64,000 nt of DNA from Candidatus Omnitrophota bacterium. GTDB lineage: Bacteria; Omnitrophota; Omnitrophia; Omnitrophales; Aquincolibacteriaceae. The notes under the pieces are model-generated. The model worked only from the letters and a program-made list of their open reading frames with translations. It had not been told where the DNA came from and made no database searches. Location of the stretch: positions 1-64,000 of the forward strand of contig JAZDJU010000079.1 of the NCBI GenBank assembly GCA_043803685.1, given 5' to 3'. This document shows, piece after piece, positions 42,260-53,227 of the stretch (position 1 is the stretch's first letter; every line of letters starts with the position of its first letter). The translations under genes were made by a program, and so were the position numbers.

Positions 42260-43447
42260 ATGAAAAAAGGGCATTATTTCTTCACTTCTGAGTCTGTTTC
42301 CGAAGGACATCCGGACAAGGTCTGCGATCAGGTCTCGGACGCGATCCTGGACGCCTATCTTGCGGGGGACCCCGCGTCTCGCGTAGCCTGCGAGTGCTTG
42401 GCCACGACCGATCGTTTGACCATTGCCGGCGAGATTACGAGCAAGACGAAGGTCGATGCTGAGAAAGTGGCGCGGAACACGATCCGCAAGATCGGCTATG
42501 TGGACCCTTCGATTGGTTTCGATTACAAGACTTGTAAGATCGATATCGCGCTTCATACCCAGTCGCCTGATATCGCGATGGGCGTGGATACCGGTGGCGC
42601 CGGGGACCAGGGCATGATGTTCGGCTATGCGACCGATGAGACGAAAGAACTCATGCCGCTTCCGATCATGCTGGCTCAAAAGTTGGTCCGCTATCTGGCC
42701 GCAGTCCGGAAATCGGGCAAGATCAAGTATCTCCGGCCGGATTCGAAGAGTCAGGTTACAGTCGAGTATGACAACGAAAAACCCGTTCGCGTCGAAGCCG
42801 TGGTTCTGAGCTCCCAGCATGACGGGGATGTAACGCTTCCGACGATCACGAAGGATCTGATCGAGAAAGTCATCAAAAAGGTCATACCGGCCAATTTAAT
42901 GGACAAGAACACCAAAATCTTCATCAATCCGACCGGGCGTTTTGAGGTCGGTGGACCGCATGGGGATACAGGGCTCACAGGCCGCAAGATTATCGTCGAT
43001 ACCTACGGCGGCATGGGCCGTCACGGCGGTGGCGCGTTCAGCGGAAAAGATCCTTCGAAGGTGGACCGTTCGGCGGCCTATTTCGCGCGCTACGTGGCCA
43101 AGAACATCGTGGCTGCGGGTCTCGCGGGCAGTTGCGAGATCCAGGTGTCTTATGCGATCGGTGTGGCGAAGCCCGTTTCGATCCGCGTGGACACGTTCGG
43201 GACGAACAAGGTCAGCGAAGAGGCGATCTCGGAAGCCGTGACGAAGATTTTCGATTTTACGCCACGCGGGATCATCAGTACGTTGGATCTGCGCCGCCCG
43301 ATCTACAACATGACGGCAGCGTATGGACATTTCGGGCGTAGTGAAGCCGGTTTTACCTGGGAAAAGACCGACAAGGTGGCTGCGCTCCGCAAAGCCCTGA
43401 AACTCAAAGACAACTGTTGCTGCAGCAAAGTCACCTGCGCGGCTTAG
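42260..43447 (+). CDS. metK: S-adenosylmethionine synthetase
   Basis: [51 protein letters not shown] before ATG 42260. Confidence 0.98.
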   Translation: MKKGHYFFTSESVSEGHPDKVCDQVSDAILDAYLAGDPASRVACECLATTDRLTIAGEITSKTKVDAEKVARNTIRKIGYVDPSIGFDYKTCKIDIALHTQSPDIAMGVDTGGAGDQGMMFGYATDETKELMPLPIMLAQKLVRYLAAVRKSGKIKYLRPDSKSQVTVEYDNEKPVRVEAVVLSSQHDGDVTLPTITKDLIEKVIKKVIPANLMDKNTKIFINPTGRFEVGGPHGDTGLTGRKIIVDTYGGMGRHGGGAFSGKDPSKVDRSAAYFARYVAKNIVAAGLAGSCEIQVSYAIGVAKPVSIRVDTFGTNKVSEEAISEAVTKIFDFTPRGIISTLDLRRPIYNMTAAYGHFGRSEAGFTWEKTDKVAALRKALKLKDNCCCSKVTCAA

Positions 43448-43461
43448 TTCCGATTCTCGGT

Positions 43462-43498
43462 ATCGCGGGGTCACGTTGTGACCCCGCGATCTGTTATT
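43462..43498 (+). terminator. Perfect 13-bp stem-loop after metK
   Basis: ATCGCGGGGTCAC-GTT-GTGACCCCGCGAT followed by CTGTTATT. Confidence 0.6.
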
Positions 43499-43526
43499 AA
43501 TGGTAACCCAACACAAAAAAGAAAAA

Positions 43527-43619
43527 GGCCATGATAATCCCAATGCGATTCAATTTTAATAAAGTTGAAATTGGGGCTGTCATGGTCAACCTTATGAGAA
43601 AGAACTCTTAGACCATGAC
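43527..43619 (+). repeat. Structured intergenic repeat family I, copy C (includes the ahcY start codon)
   Basis: GGCCATGA..TCCCAAT...ATTGGGGC-TGTCATGGTC-AACC...TAGACCATGAC, colinear with 47356-47447. Confidence 0.85.
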
Positions 43620-45054
43620 GAAGACCTCCCCCAAAAAAACTCCTGCTCTTAAATTGAAGAACGATTTCAAAGTCGCGGACCTCTCGTTAGCCGCCTGGGG
43701 GCGTAAAGAGCTCGACATGGCCGAGAAAGAAATGCCGGGACTCATGGCAACCCGGAAAAAGTACGGATCCCAGAAACCTCTCAAGGGCAAGCGGATCATG
43801 GGCAGTCTCCACATGACGATCCAGACCGCGGTCCTGATCGAAACCTTGATCGAGCTCGGCGCCGACGTGCGTTGGTGCTCCTGCAATATCTTCTCCACCC
43901 AGGATCATGCTGCCGCGGCTTTGGCCGTAAAGGGCATTCCGGTATTTGCATGGAAGGGAGAGACGCTAGAAGAATATTGGTGGTGCACGCTTCAGGCGCT
44001 CAACTTTCCAGGAGGCAAAGGGCCGAACCTCATCGTCGATGACGGCGGTGACGCGACTCTCATGATCCATCTGGGTTATGACGCGGAAAAGGATCCGAAG
44101 ATCCTCAATCAAAAGGTCGAGACGCAGGATGAGATCGAACTTTTCAAGCTCCTGAAAATGGTCATGAAGGCAGAACCTAAGAAATGGCACGGAGTGGTCA
44201 AAGAGTGGGAAGGTGTTTCCGAGGAAACGACCACGGGTGTCCACCGTCTGTACAAGATGCAGGAACAGGGAAAGCTTCTCGTTCCAGCGATCAACGTGAA
44301 CGATTCGGTGACAAAATCCAAGTTCGATAATCTCTACGGATGCCGTGAATCCCTGGCAGACGGCATCAAGCGCGCGACGGACGTGATGATCGCGGGCAAG
44401 GTTGCCGTGGTGTTGGGTTATGGGGACGTGGGAAAAGGCAGCGCCCAGGCCATGCATGGTTTCGGAGCTCGTGTGATCGTGACCGAGATCGACCCGATCT
44501 GTGCGCTTCAGGCCACGATGGCCGGCTTTCAGGTGGCGAGGCTCGAGGACGTGCTGGATATTGGGGATATCTACGTAACGACGACCGGGAATATAGACGT
44601 CATCACCGCCGAACATATGTCCAAGATGAAGGACGAGTCCATTGTTTGTAATATTGGGCATTTTGATAATGAGATCCAGGTCGCCCAGCTCCAGAAATGG
44701 CCGGGCATCAAACGGATCAATATCAAACCACAAGTCGATAAGTATATTTTCAAGGACGGGCATTCGATCATTCTGCTTGCCGAAGGCCGTCTCGTGAACC
44801 TGGGCTGTGCTACGGGCCATCCGAGTTTTGTGATGTCGAATTCGTTCACGAATCAGACGCTCGCGCAGATCGATCTTGTGATGAATCCCAAGAAGCCCGG
44901 CGTTTACCGTCTTGAGAAGAAGCTTGATGAGGAAGTGGCCCGGCTCCATCTCGATAAATTGGGCGCCAAGCTCACGAAACTCACGAAAAAGCAGTCCGAG
45001 TATCTGGACGTTCCTTTCGACGGTCCTTACAAGCCCGAGCACTACAAGTACTAA
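43615..45054 (+). CDS. ahcY: Adenosylhomocysteinase
   Basis: [47 protein letters not shown]. Confidence 0.98.
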   Translation: MTKTSPKKTPALKLKNDFKVADLSLAAWGRKELDMAEKEMPGLMATRKKYGSQKPLKGKRIMGSLHMTIQTAVLIETLIELGADVRWCSCNIFSTQDHAAAALAVKGIPVFAWKGETLEEYWWCTLQALNFPGGKGPNLIVDDGGDATLMIHLGYDAEKDPKILNQKVETQDEIELFKLLKMVMKAEPKKWHGVVKEWEGVSEETTTGVHRLYKMQEQGKLLVPAINVNDSVTKSKFDNLYGCRESLADGIKRATDVMIAGKVAVVLGYGDVGKGSAQAMHGFGARVIVTEIDPICALQATMAGFQVARLEDVLDIGDIYVTTTGNIDVITAEHMSKMKDESIVCNIGHFDNEIQVAQLQKWPGIKRINIKPQVDKYIFKDGHSIILLAEGRLVNLGCATGHPSFVMSNSFTNQTLAQIDLVMNPKKPGVYRLEKKLDEEVARLHLDKLGAKLTKLTKKQSEYLDVPFDGPYKPEHYKY

Positions 45055-45137
45055 ACGGGTTGTCGCGGCGTCTCATTCCAGGCTGGCCTTCCGGTAACGG
45101 TTCGTTGGTTTTGTGTCTATTTCCATAGGAGAGGTTC

Positions 45138-46280
45138 ATGCAGAATTTTGTGTTTAAAAATCCCACGGAGATCCTTTTTGGCAAGGGAATGATCCGTGAG
45201 ATCTCAGGGCGCGTTCCAAAGGATCTTGGCGTCCTTTTTCTCTACGGGGGCGGGTCGATCAAAACAAATGGCGTCTACGCACAGGTCAAGTTGGCTCTTA
45301 AGGGCTTTCGTGTGACCGAGTTCGGCGGGGTCGAGGCGAACCCGCTCTATGAAACCTGTCTTAAGGCTGTCGAAGTTGTTAAGAAGGAAAAGATCGGTTT
45401 TATTCTGGCAGTGGGGGGCGGCTCTGTCCTGGATGCCGGGAAATTCATCGCGGCCGCCGCGTGTTTTAGCGGTTCAGAGCTTTGGGCCATTCTTCGAGAG
45501 CACGGGGCCAATGTCAAAGCGGCGCTCCCGATCGGGACCGTTCTGACGCTTCCCGCGACGGGTTCTGAAGCGAATGGGAATTCGGTGATCTCCCGCGGCG
45601 CGACCCGGGAAAAACTACATTTTTTCTCACCGCATGTGTTCCCTCATTTCTCAGTGTTGGATCCTGAGACGACATTCTCTTTACCTGAGAAGCAAGTGCG
45701 CAACGGGATCGTGGATGCGTTTGTGCATGTGATGGAACAGTACATGACGTATCCAGCGCATGCTCCCCTCCAGGACCGGATGGCGGAATCGCTTCTCCAG
45801 ACCCTGATCGAGGTGGCGACGTTAACCTTGAAGAAACCCAAGGATTATGAAGCTCGCGCGACCTTTATGTGGAGCGCGACGCTCGCGCTGAATACTTTGA
45901 TCGGATGCGGCGTCCCTCAGGATTGGTCGACGCACATGATCGCTCATGAGCTGACCGCTTTCTACGGGTTGGATCACGCGGAGACGCTCGCGATCGTTCT
46001 TCCCGGGGTCTGGCAGTACAAACTGACCGCTAAAAAGAAAAAGTTGGAACAATACGGCGTTCGTATTTGGAACGTTAAAACCGCCAAAGAGGCCATTGTG
46101 AAGACGGAGGCGTTCTTCCACTCTCTCAAAATGCCGACACGATTTGGCGACTACAAGATCTCCGCCAAAGAGGCTTCCGGAAAGATCCGCGAACGTTTCG
46201 CGGAACGAGATTCCGTGTTTGGCGAACATAGCGACATCACGGCGGACGCCGCGGCAAAGATCATTGCTTCCCGGGCCTGA
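45138..46280 (+). CDS. Iron-containing alcohol dehydrogenase (YqhD/BdhA-like)
   Basis: NPTEILFGKG, GGGS twice, TLPATGSE, DAFVH, THMIAHE, HAETL. Confidence 0.92.
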   Translation: MQNFVFKNPTEILFGKGMIREISGRVPKDLGVLFLYGGGSIKTNGVYAQVKLALKGFRVTEFGGVEANPLYETCLKAVEVVKKEKIGFILAVGGGSVLDAGKFIAAAACFSGSELWAILREHGANVKAALPIGTVLTLPATGSEANGNSVISRGATREKLHFFSPHVFPHFSVLDPETTFSLPEKQVRNGIVDAFVHVMEQYMTYPAHAPLQDRMAESLLQTLIEVATLTLKKPKDYEARATFMWSATLALNTLIGCGVPQDWSTHMIAHELTAFYGLDHAETLAIVLPGVWQYKLTAKKKKLEQYGVRIWNVKTAKEAIVKTEAFFHSLKMPTRFGDYKISAKEASGKIRERFAERDSVFGEHSDITADAAAKIIASRA

Positions 46281-46304
46281 ACTTTTTATCAAAAGGATAT
46301 TGCT

Positions 46305-47324
46305 ATGACCAGGACAAAGATCATTTGCACGTTGGGCCCCGCGTCGGGCCGGGCCAGTGTTTTGCGGCAGATGATGCGCGCGGGAATGGATGTGGTGAGA
46401 CTTAATTTTTCTCACGGGACGCTCGCGGAGCATGAGGAGAAAATCCGTCTCGTCAGGATGCTGAACAAGAAATACCGTCGCCATATCCGCATCCTCGGAG
46501 ATCTCGAAGGTTATCGCATGAGGATCGGCGAGTTGAAGGGACGACAGCCGCTCGAGGTGAAAAAACGGCAGGTGCTTTGCCTTACCACGGAAAGTATCGT
46601 TGGAGAGGGGAGCCGCATTCCTTTTGATTGGGCGGGTTCTCTCGGGCCGATCAAACCCGGGCAGCACATTTTTATCGATGACGGTCTTATTGTCCTCAAG
46701 GTCGAGGCTTGCGACGCGAAGAATCTCAAGACTCGCGTGATCGTGGGGGGCAGGATCAAGGAACGGAAAGGGATCAATATTCCCGGCGTGCGGCTCGATG
46801 TGACGGGGCTGACCCGGAAGGACAAAGAGGATATCCATTTCTGCATCGAACATAAAATAGATTATATCGCGCAGTCCTTTGTACGGAACAAACAGGACAT
46901 TTTAGACCTCCGGAATCATCTCAAAGGTCATTCCCATACCTGCTCGGTGATCGCCAAGATCGAGAACCGGGAAGGAATTCGCAACATCGATGAGATCCTC
47001 AGTGTTTGTGAGGGGATCATGGTCGCGCGAGGGGACATGGGAATCTCGATTCCGATCTATGAGGTGCCCTCGGTCCAGAAGAAGATCATCAGGAAATGCA
47101 ATAAGGCGAAAAAGTTCGTGATCACGGCGACGCAGATGCTTGAGAGCATGACCGAGCATCCGATCCCGACGCGTGCGGAGGTTTGCGATGTGGCGAACGC
47201 GATCCTTGATGGAACGGACTATGTGATGCTTTCCGCCGAGTCCGCCGCGGGGCTTTATCCCGTTCAATGCGTGGAGATGATGAACCAGATCATTAAATTC
47301 ACCGAAAAAAATCCTTCAGCGTAA
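46305..47324 (+). CDS. pyk: Pyruvate kinase, short form lacking the C-terminal domain
   Basis: [47 protein letters not shown]. Confidence 0.93.
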   Translation: MTRTKIICTLGPASGRASVLRQMMRAGMDVVRLNFSHGTLAEHEEKIRLVRMLNKKYRRHIRILGDLEGYRMRIGELKGRQPLEVKKRQVLCLTTESIVGEGSRIPFDWAGSLGPIKPGQHIFIDDGLIVLKVEACDAKNLKTRVIVGGRIKERKGINIPGVRLDVTGLTRKDKEDIHFCIEHKIDYIAQSFVRNKQDILDLRNHLKGHSHTCSVIAKIENREGIRNIDEILSVCEGIMVARGDMGISIPIYEVPSVQKKIIRKCNKAKKFVITATQMLESMTEHPIPTRAEVCDVANAILDGTDYVMLSAESAAGLYPVQCVEMMNQIIKFTEKNPSA

Positions 47325-47341
47325 TTAACATTCTTCTTTAT

Positions 47342-47447
47342 AGAAAAGAACCCTAGGCCATGACAGTCCCAATACCAATTAATCGAAGCGTAGCGAAGAT
47401 TGGGGCGGCCATGGTCACCTTAATGGAAAAGAATCGTAGACCATGAC
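47342..47447 (+). repeat. Structured intergenic repeat family I, copy D (includes the ABC-F start codon)
   Basis: Colinear with copy C; 36/41 match to inverted copy E; internal direct repeat GAAAAGAA.C.TAG(G/A)CCATGAC. Confidence 0.88.
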
Positions 47448-49251
47448 CGTACTATTACAAGTGAATGAACTCCACAAAGCCTATGGCGCGGTGACGATCC
47501 TGGACGCCGCGACCGCGACCTTCGGAGACGACCAGAAAGTCGGCGTGATCGGCCGCAACGGGGCCGGGAAGTCCACGCTTTGCCGTATCATTACCGGTCA
47601 CGAAACGGCGGACAGCGGCACCATTACGCGCAATACCGCGTTGCGCCTCTCCTATCTCGAGCAGCATGATACGTTCAAGCCCGGAGAGACGGTGGTGGAT
47701 TTCCTGATGCGCACCACGCGGAGCGAGCACTGGGAGTGCGGGCAGATCGCCGCGCAGTTCCAACTCGAAAACGAGATCCTTGAAGCCCCCGTGCGAAATC
47801 TTCCGGGAGGTTTCCAGACGCGCGTGAAGCTTGCCGCCATGCTCCTGGGTGACCCCAACTTTCTGATCCTGGATGAGCCGAGCAATTATCTGGATCTGAG
47901 CACGCTGATCCTGCTAGAGAATTTCCTGATCAACTTCCGCGGCGGGTATCTGGTCGTTTCGCACGATCGTGAATTCCTGAAGCGGACCTGTGACAGCACG
48001 CTTGAAGTCGAACATGGCCAGTTGGCGCTTTATCCCGGGAATATCGAAGAGTATTTTGAATTTAAAGAAGAGCAGCTTGCGCAGAAGCAGGCCTATAACC
48101 GCGGGATGGACAAGAAACGCGAACAGCTCCAGAACTTTATCGACCGGTTCAAGGCGAAGGCTTCTACGGCGACACGCGCGCAGTCAAAAATGAAACAGCT
48201 CGCGAAACTCAAAACGATCGAGATCGCGCATCCGATGAGCACGGTCAAGATCCATATCCCGCCCGTGGAACCCAAAGCAGGGGTGGCGGTGACCTGCGAA
48301 GACCTTGTGATCGGATATCCCGAGAAGGACATTGCTCGGAACATTCAGGTTGAGATCGACCGGGGAAAACACGTCGCAGTGCTCGGAAATAACGGCGAGG
48401 GGAAGACGACATTCCTGAGAACCCTCGCGGGAAGTCTCCAACCCAAGGGCGGTAGTTTCCGGTGGGGGACGGGCCTTAAGATCGCTTATTATGCACAGCA
48501 TGTCTTTGCAGTGCTCGACCCGGAAGATGATGTGTACACGTATCTTCTGCGGGAGAGCGCGGATGGCGTGAACCGTCAGGATGTGCTCAACATGGCGGGA
48601 TGCTTCCTCTTCAAAGGAGATGACGTCGAAAAGAAAGTGAAAGTCCTGAGCGGCGGCGAGCGTGCGCGTCTTGTCCTTGCGGGGATCCTCCTCTCCAAGA
48701 GCCATGTCCTGCTTCTCGACGAGCCGACGAACCATCTGGATTTTGAAACGGTGGAAGCCCTGGGGAGCGCGCTCAAATCCTTTTCCGGCACCGTGGTTTT
48801 TATCAGTCACGACAGGACCTTCGTGAACCTCCTGGCCTCGAGCATTCTTGAAGTGAAGAAAGGCCGCATCATGCATTATCCCGGGAGCTACGAAGATTAC
48901 GTGTATCACCTCGAGCAGGTGGCGCGGGGCGAGGAAAAGGAAACCGATGACAATATTTCCAACACTTCCTCGAATAGTGGGGCCTCGGGCGCAAGCGTCC
49001 AGGCTCAGGAGCCTAAACAGAATGGGCAGAAGTCTGAGATCAAAAAGATCCAAAAGCAGATGGACAAGGCGGAAGGGCGCGTGAAGCACTTCACGGCCGA
49101 GCGGGACAAGGTGCTTGCCGAAATGGCCCAGAATCCCTTGCATTTTTCCAAGGAGCGCAACGCGCGTCTCAAAGATGCCCAGATTCAGATCGAATCCGCC
49201 GAGGCGGAGTGGAATTCCTTGGCGAAGAAGATGGAAAAACTTCAGCCATGA
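47443..49251 (+). CDS. ABC-F family ATPase
   Basis: Two NBDs (GRNGAGKST, GNNGEGKTT), LDEPSNYLD / LDEPTNHLD, no TM segments, C-terminal coiled coil. Confidence 0.93.
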   Translation: MTVLLQVNELHKAYGAVTILDAATATFGDDQKVGVIGRNGAGKSTLCRIITGHETADSGTITRNTALRLSYLEQHDTFKPGETVVDFLMRTTRSEHWECGQIAAQFQLENEILEAPVRNLPGGFQTRVKLAAMLLGDPNFLILDEPSNYLDLSTLILLENFLINFRGGYLVVSHDREFLKRTCDSTLEVEHGQLALYPGNIEEYFEFKEEQLAQKQAYNRGMDKKREQLQNFIDRFKAKASTATRAQSKMKQLAKLKTIEIAHPMSTVKIHIPPVEPKAGVAVTCEDLVIGYPEKDIARNIQVEIDRGKHVAVLGNNGEGKTTFLRTLAGSLQPKGGSFRWGTGLKIAYYAQHVFAVLDPEDDVYTYLLRESADGVNRQDVLNMAGCFLFKGDDVEKKVKVLSGGERARLVLAGILLSKSHVLLLDEPTNHLDFETVEALGSALKSFSGTVVFISHDRTFVNLLASSILEVKKGRIMHYPGSYEDYVYHLEQVARGEEKETDDNISNTSSNSGASGASVQAQEPKQNGQKSEIKKIQKQMDKAEGRVKHFTAERDKVLAEMAQNPLHFSKERNARLKDAQIQIESAEAEWNSLAKKMEKLQP

Positions 49252-50249
49252 GAAACTTTGACCCTCGGGAACGATCGGGAAGTCCTCGCGGGGAGCGTCA
49301 CTCCCATCACAACGGCTCTGGTCCCCAGCGTTCCTTTTACCGGCAGCCCCATGAAGAATCCCGTCGTGCGGTGTCTGACGACGAACAGCGATTTTTTGCC
49401 AGCACGGCCGTTGATCCTACGCCGCGGATCCGTCTGGAAGAAGGTTCTCAGGAACTCACGATGCGCGTCATGGATCTCATCACGCCGATCGGGATGGGAC
49501 AGCGCGGGTTGATCGTGGCGCCTCCGGGATCCGGCAAGACGACATTTCTTAAACATCTTTGTCAGGCAGTGGCAAAAAGCCGGCCGGAGATGAAGCTTTA
49601 CTGTCTTTTGATCGATGAAAGGCCTGAGGAAGTTACGGATTTTCGTCGCAGTGTCACGGCTGAGGTCCGGTGGTCCTCCTCCGACCAAACCTATGATCAT
49701 CATATCCAGACCGCCCGGGAGCTTATGCAACAGGTCTACCGCGAAGTTGCGGCGGGTGCGAATGTGATGGTCCTGGTCGATTCTTTGACGCGCTTGGCGC
49801 GCGTGCATAATGCTGAGCAACGTTCCAGCGGCCGGACGCTTTCCGGAGGCGTCGATGTTCGTTCCATGGAAGTGCCGCGGCGGATCTTCGGATCCGCGCG
49901 CAAGATCGAACACGGAGGGTCGCTTACGATCCTCGCGACGATCCTCGTCGATACCGGAAGCCGTATGGACCAGCTGATCTTTGAAGAGTTCAAGGGCACG
50001 GGGAATATGGAGATCTTTTTGTCTCGCGAGATCTCGAACCAGCGAATCTATCCGGCCGTGGATATATCAAAAAGCGGAACACGCAAGGAAGAACTTCTTT
50101 TCTCTGAGCAGGAACTGGAGCCGGCACGCCGGATACGTCGCGCCCTCGCCGGACTGAAACCGATCGAGGCGATCAGCGCACTGATCGAACAGCTCAAAAA
50201 ATATCCCGCAACCAAAGACCTTCTCGCGGCCGTGAGTAAATTACAATGA
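49248..50249 (+). CDS. rho: Rho-like ATPase lacking the N-terminal RNA-binding domain
   Basis: PIGMGQRGLIVAPPGSGKT, LIDERPEEVTD, DSLTRLAR, SGRTLSGG, EEFKGTGNME, SGTRKEELL; ATGA overlap with ABC-F. Confidence 0.85.
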   Translation: MRNFDPRERSGSPRGERHSHHNGSGPQRSFYRQPHEESRRAVSDDEQRFFASTAVDPTPRIRLEEGSQELTMRVMDLITPIGMGQRGLIVAPPGSGKTTFLKHLCQAVAKSRPEMKLYCLLIDERPEEVTDFRRSVTAEVRWSSSDQTYDHHIQTARELMQQVYREVAAGANVMVLVDSLTRLARVHNAEQRSSGRTLSGGVDVRSMEVPRRIFGSARKIEHGGSLTILATILVDTGSRMDQLIFEEFKGTGNMEIFLSREISNQRIYPAVDISKSGTRKEELLFSEQELEPARRIRRALAGLKPIEAISALIEQLKKYPATKDLLAAVSKLQ

Positions 50250-50485
50250 TGCCGGAAAAAGAGAACGATCTTGGTGTGCAGCCGTTGGATGCTTTGATGG
50301 CTAAGCATGGGTTGACGAACCACGCGCTCGTGGCAGTCTCGACCGAGCAGCTTTCCCATAAAGTCGTACAAAAGGCGCGCACGGGAAGGCGTCTTACCAC
50401 GAAGGCTAAGACCAAGGTCCTGGACGCGTTGCACCTCGCGCTTCCGGAACACAAGTTCGCCCACCGGGACCTTTTTAACTACTAA
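50246..50485 (+). CDS. Small hypothetical protein
   Basis: 79-aa ORF translationally coupled to the Rho-like gene; STEQLSHKVVQKARTGRRLT. Confidence 0.7.
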   Translation: MMPEKENDLGVQPLDALMAKHGLTNHALVAVSTEQLSHKVVQKARTGRRLTTKAKTKVLDALHLALPEHKFAHRDLFNY

Positions 50486-50588
50486 TTGGCGCGGTTTTTT
50501 GATATAAAAAAGTCTTCGCGGGGCCATTCGTAGACGTGAGAATGCGCTCCTCGTTTTTTAAAGAATATTCTTAAAGGAGAATGGCATC

Positions 50589-51518
50589 ATGGCCCATTTC
50601 AAAGTTACCGTAGTCGGAGCGGGTTTTGTCGGAGCGACAGCCGCGCAGCGCATCGTTGAAAAGAACCTCGCGGACGTTGTGCTTGTCGATATTGTCGAAG
50701 GACTTCCTCAGGGCAAAGCCTTGGATATCATGGAGTCCGCGCCCGTCGAAGGGTTCTCTTCCAAGATCACGGGTTCGAATAGCTACCAAGATACGGCCAA
50801 TTCCGATGTGATCGTGATCACAGCGGGACTCGCGCGTAAGCCGGGCATGAGCCGCGATGATCTTCTTTTTAAGAACGCCGAGATCGTTGGCGGGATCGTG
50901 ACGGAGTGCGCCCGGTATTCTCCGAACGCGGTTCTGGTCATGGTCACAAATCCGCTCGACGTGATGACCTGGCTCGCTCAGAAAAAGTCGGGATTCCCGG
51001 GCGAGCGTGTGATCGGGATGGCTGGCGAGCTGGATTCGTCACGGTATGCTTATTTTATCGCGGAAAAACTTGGTTGCAAACCTTCGGATGTGAAAGCGAC
51101 GGTGCTCGGCGGGCACGGCGATCAAATGGTTCCGGTGCCGGAGCTGACGAAGGTCGACGGGAAGCCGATCACGCAACTAATAGACGTCGCAACGATCGAA
51201 GCGATCAATCAAAGGACTCGCGACGGCGGGGCGGAGATCGTAAAACTTCTCAAGACCGGAAGCGCTTATTACGCGCCGTCCTCCTCCGCTGTCAAAATGG
51301 TGCGGGCGATCCTGCAAGATACCGGAGAAGTGATCCCGTCCTGTGTTTACCTCCAAGGACAGTATGGATTGAGCGATGTTTATTGCGGCGTGCCGGTGGA
51401 GCTTGGTCGTAAAGGTGTCAAAAAGATCCTCGAGATCCCCGTGAGTGAAGGCGAACGGAAAGCGCTCCACGCTTCTGCCGAGGATGTACGCGTTAATTTT
51501 CTCAAGTTAAAGGTCTGA
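50589..51518 (+). CDS. mdh: Malate dehydrogenase (LDH-like)
   Basis: VGAGFVG, GKALD, TAGLARKPGMSRDDL, NPLD, GGHGD, SAYYAP. Confidence 0.96.
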   Translation: MAHFKVTVVGAGFVGATAAQRIVEKNLADVVLVDIVEGLPQGKALDIMESAPVEGFSSKITGSNSYQDTANSDVIVITAGLARKPGMSRDDLLFKNAEIVGGIVTECARYSPNAVLVMVTNPLDVMTWLAQKKSGFPGERVIGMAGELDSSRYAYFIAEKLGCKPSDVKATVLGGHGDQMVPVPELTKVDGKPITQLIDVATIEAINQRTRDGGAEIVKLLKTGSAYYAPSSSAVKMVRAILQDTGEVIPSCVYLQGQYGLSDVYCGVPVELGRKGVKKILEIPVSEGERKALHASAEDVRVNFLKLKV

Positions 51519-51576
51519 AATGCGGACGATGGGACAAGAAAAGGCGTCCCTTTAGGATTCTACCCATGATGGTTGG

Positions 51577-52242
51577 ATGGAAGCTCGTATGATCCCATTG
51601 AACATCGAAGGTATGCAGGCATCCGTTCAGAAATTCTTCGCGAATCCCTCCAAGGAACTCTTGATCCTGACACTGGCCGGATGGTCGGCCGGGATCAGTT
51701 TGTATCTGACGGTGGGCTTATTAGGCCTCTGCGGGCATTTCGGATGGATCCATTTGCCGGGGGAACTCGCGATTTTCGCCAACCCGATCGTTTTTTCAGT
51801 CTCCTTCATTATTTTTTCGATTGAATTCATCGCTGATAAGGTCCCTTATGTGGATTCGGTCTGGGATTCGGTCCACACCTTTGTTCGCCCGGTGGGCGGG
51901 ATTGCGATCGGATATCTGGCCGGTTCCGAGCATGGCCCCATGATCCAGGCCATGTACGCGATCTTCGCGGGGACGTTGACGCTGAATACCCACACGGCAA
52001 AGGCCGCGGAACGTTTGGCTATCAATACGTCTCCGGAACCTTTCTCGAACATCGCGGCGAGTACGGTCGAACAGGGGCTTGTGATCTTCCTGTACTGGTT
52101 TTTCATCAGGCATCCGGTGTGGACCTGCGTTATAATCATCGGACTACTGGTCGTGGCTTTTTTCCTGATCCGTCTTTTGTGGCGTTTTGTGAAGGCGGTT
52201 TTTGGATTCGGAGAGCGCGCGAAAAAGGAAAAGAATTTATGA
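51577..52242 (+). CDS. DUF4126-like membrane protein
   Basis: WSAGISLY, EFIADKVPYVDSVWDSVHTFVRP, NTSPEPFSN. Confidence 0.85.
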   Translation: MEARMIPLNIEGMQASVQKFFANPSKELLILTLAGWSAGISLYLTVGLLGLCGHFGWIHLPGELAIFANPIVFSVSFIIFSIEFIADKVPYVDSVWDSVHTFVRPVGGIAIGYLAGSEHGPMIQAMYAIFAGTLTLNTHTAKAAERLAINTSPEPFSNIAASTVEQGLVIFLYWFFIRHPVWTCVIIIGLLVVAFFLIRLLWRFVKAVFGFGERAKKEKNL

Positions 52243-52439
52243 TCTTCAGTCTGAATGGCAAACAAGCGTTGATCGAAAAACCTTTAACCCTGGAAGCGCT
52301 TGTCGCGGCCAGGGGATTGTCTCCCGACAAGATCGTGGTCGAGCACAATTTTAGTATCATCTCCAAAGAAGATTGGCCCAAGATCATGTTGAAGAACCAG
52401 GATATTGTTGAGATCGTCAGTTTTGTCGGAGGCGGATGA
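52239..52439 (+). CDS. thiS: Sulfur carrier ThiS
   Basis: 66 aa ending [12 protein letters not shown] 52239. Confidence 0.95.
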   Translation: MIFSLNGKQALIEKPLTLEALVAARGLSPDKIVVEHNFSIISKEDWPKIMLKNQDIVEIVSFVGGG

Positions 52440-53227
52440 GCATGGAAGACCTTCTTTTGTTGGGCGGACGTTCGATCAAGAGCCGGCTTTTGCTCGGAAC
52501 GGGAAAATTTTCGAGCTACCCCGTGATGCAAAAAGCCCTCGAAGCTGCCCAGCCCGATATCGTGACGGTTGCGCTTCGCCGTGTGGACCTCGCCTCTCAG
52601 GCGGAAAATATCCTCGAATATGTTCCGAAGTCCTGTATTCTCATGACCAATACTTCCGGCGCGAGGAACGCGGACGAAGCCGTGCGGATCGCCCGGCTCG
52701 CGAAAGCAAGTGGCGCCGGCAACTGGATCAAGATCGAAGTGGTCCAGGACCACAAATACCTTTTGCCGGATAATCTCGAGACACTCAAGACTGTTGAGAT
52801 CCTCGTGAAGGAAGGATTCATCGTGCTTCCGTACATGAGCCCGGATCTTTCTATGGCAAGGCGCATGGCGGATGCGGGCGCAGCGGCGGTGATGCCGCTC
52901 GGGGCGCCGATCGGTAGTAACCGGGGCCTCAAGACCCGGGAGCTTGTTGAGATCCTGGTGCGTGAGATCAAAGTGCCTGTCATTGTGGACGCGGGCCTCG
53001 GAAGCCCTTCGGACGCTTGTGAATGTATGGAAATGGGTTGCGCGGCGGTGCTTGTGAACACGGCGATCGCGATCGCTCGGGATCCGGTGGCGATGGCCGG
53101 AGCGTTCCGGGAAGCCGTGAGCGCGGGTCGAGCCGCCTATCTTGCCGGCCTTGCTTCTTCCGGAAGCGAAGCTAGCGCCTCTTCGCCGCTGACCGGTTTT
53201 CTCCGCAATGAAACACGCCGAGAATGA
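52436..53227 (+). CDS. thiG: Thiazole synthase
   Basis: [42 protein letters not shown]. Confidence 0.97.
   Translation: MSMEDLLLLGGRSIKSRLLLGTGKFSSYPVMQKALEAAQPDIVTVALRRVDLASQAENILEYVPKSCILMTNTSGARNADEAVRIARLAKASGAGNWIKIEVVQDHKYLLPDNLETLKTVEILVKEGFIVLPYMSPDLSMARRMADAGAAAVMPLGAPIGSNRGLKTRELVEILVREIKVPVIVDAGLGSPSDACECMEMGCAAVLVNTAIAIARDPVAMAGAFREAVSAGRAAYLAGLASSGSEASASSPLTGFLRNETRRE

Noticed and set aside
43500..43615. SAH or SAM riboswitch upstream of ahcY
   Set aside because: I see no SAH or SAM consensus, and the same sequence family occurs beside unrelated genes and in reverse orientation
35045..47447. CRISPR array from the recurring intergenic repeats
   Set aside because: Copies are dispersed kilobases apart with no repeat-spacer periodicity and no cas genes
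51519..52240. TPP riboswitch for thiSGHF
   Set aside because: No TPP consensus was seen, and thiS overlaps the upstream gene's stop
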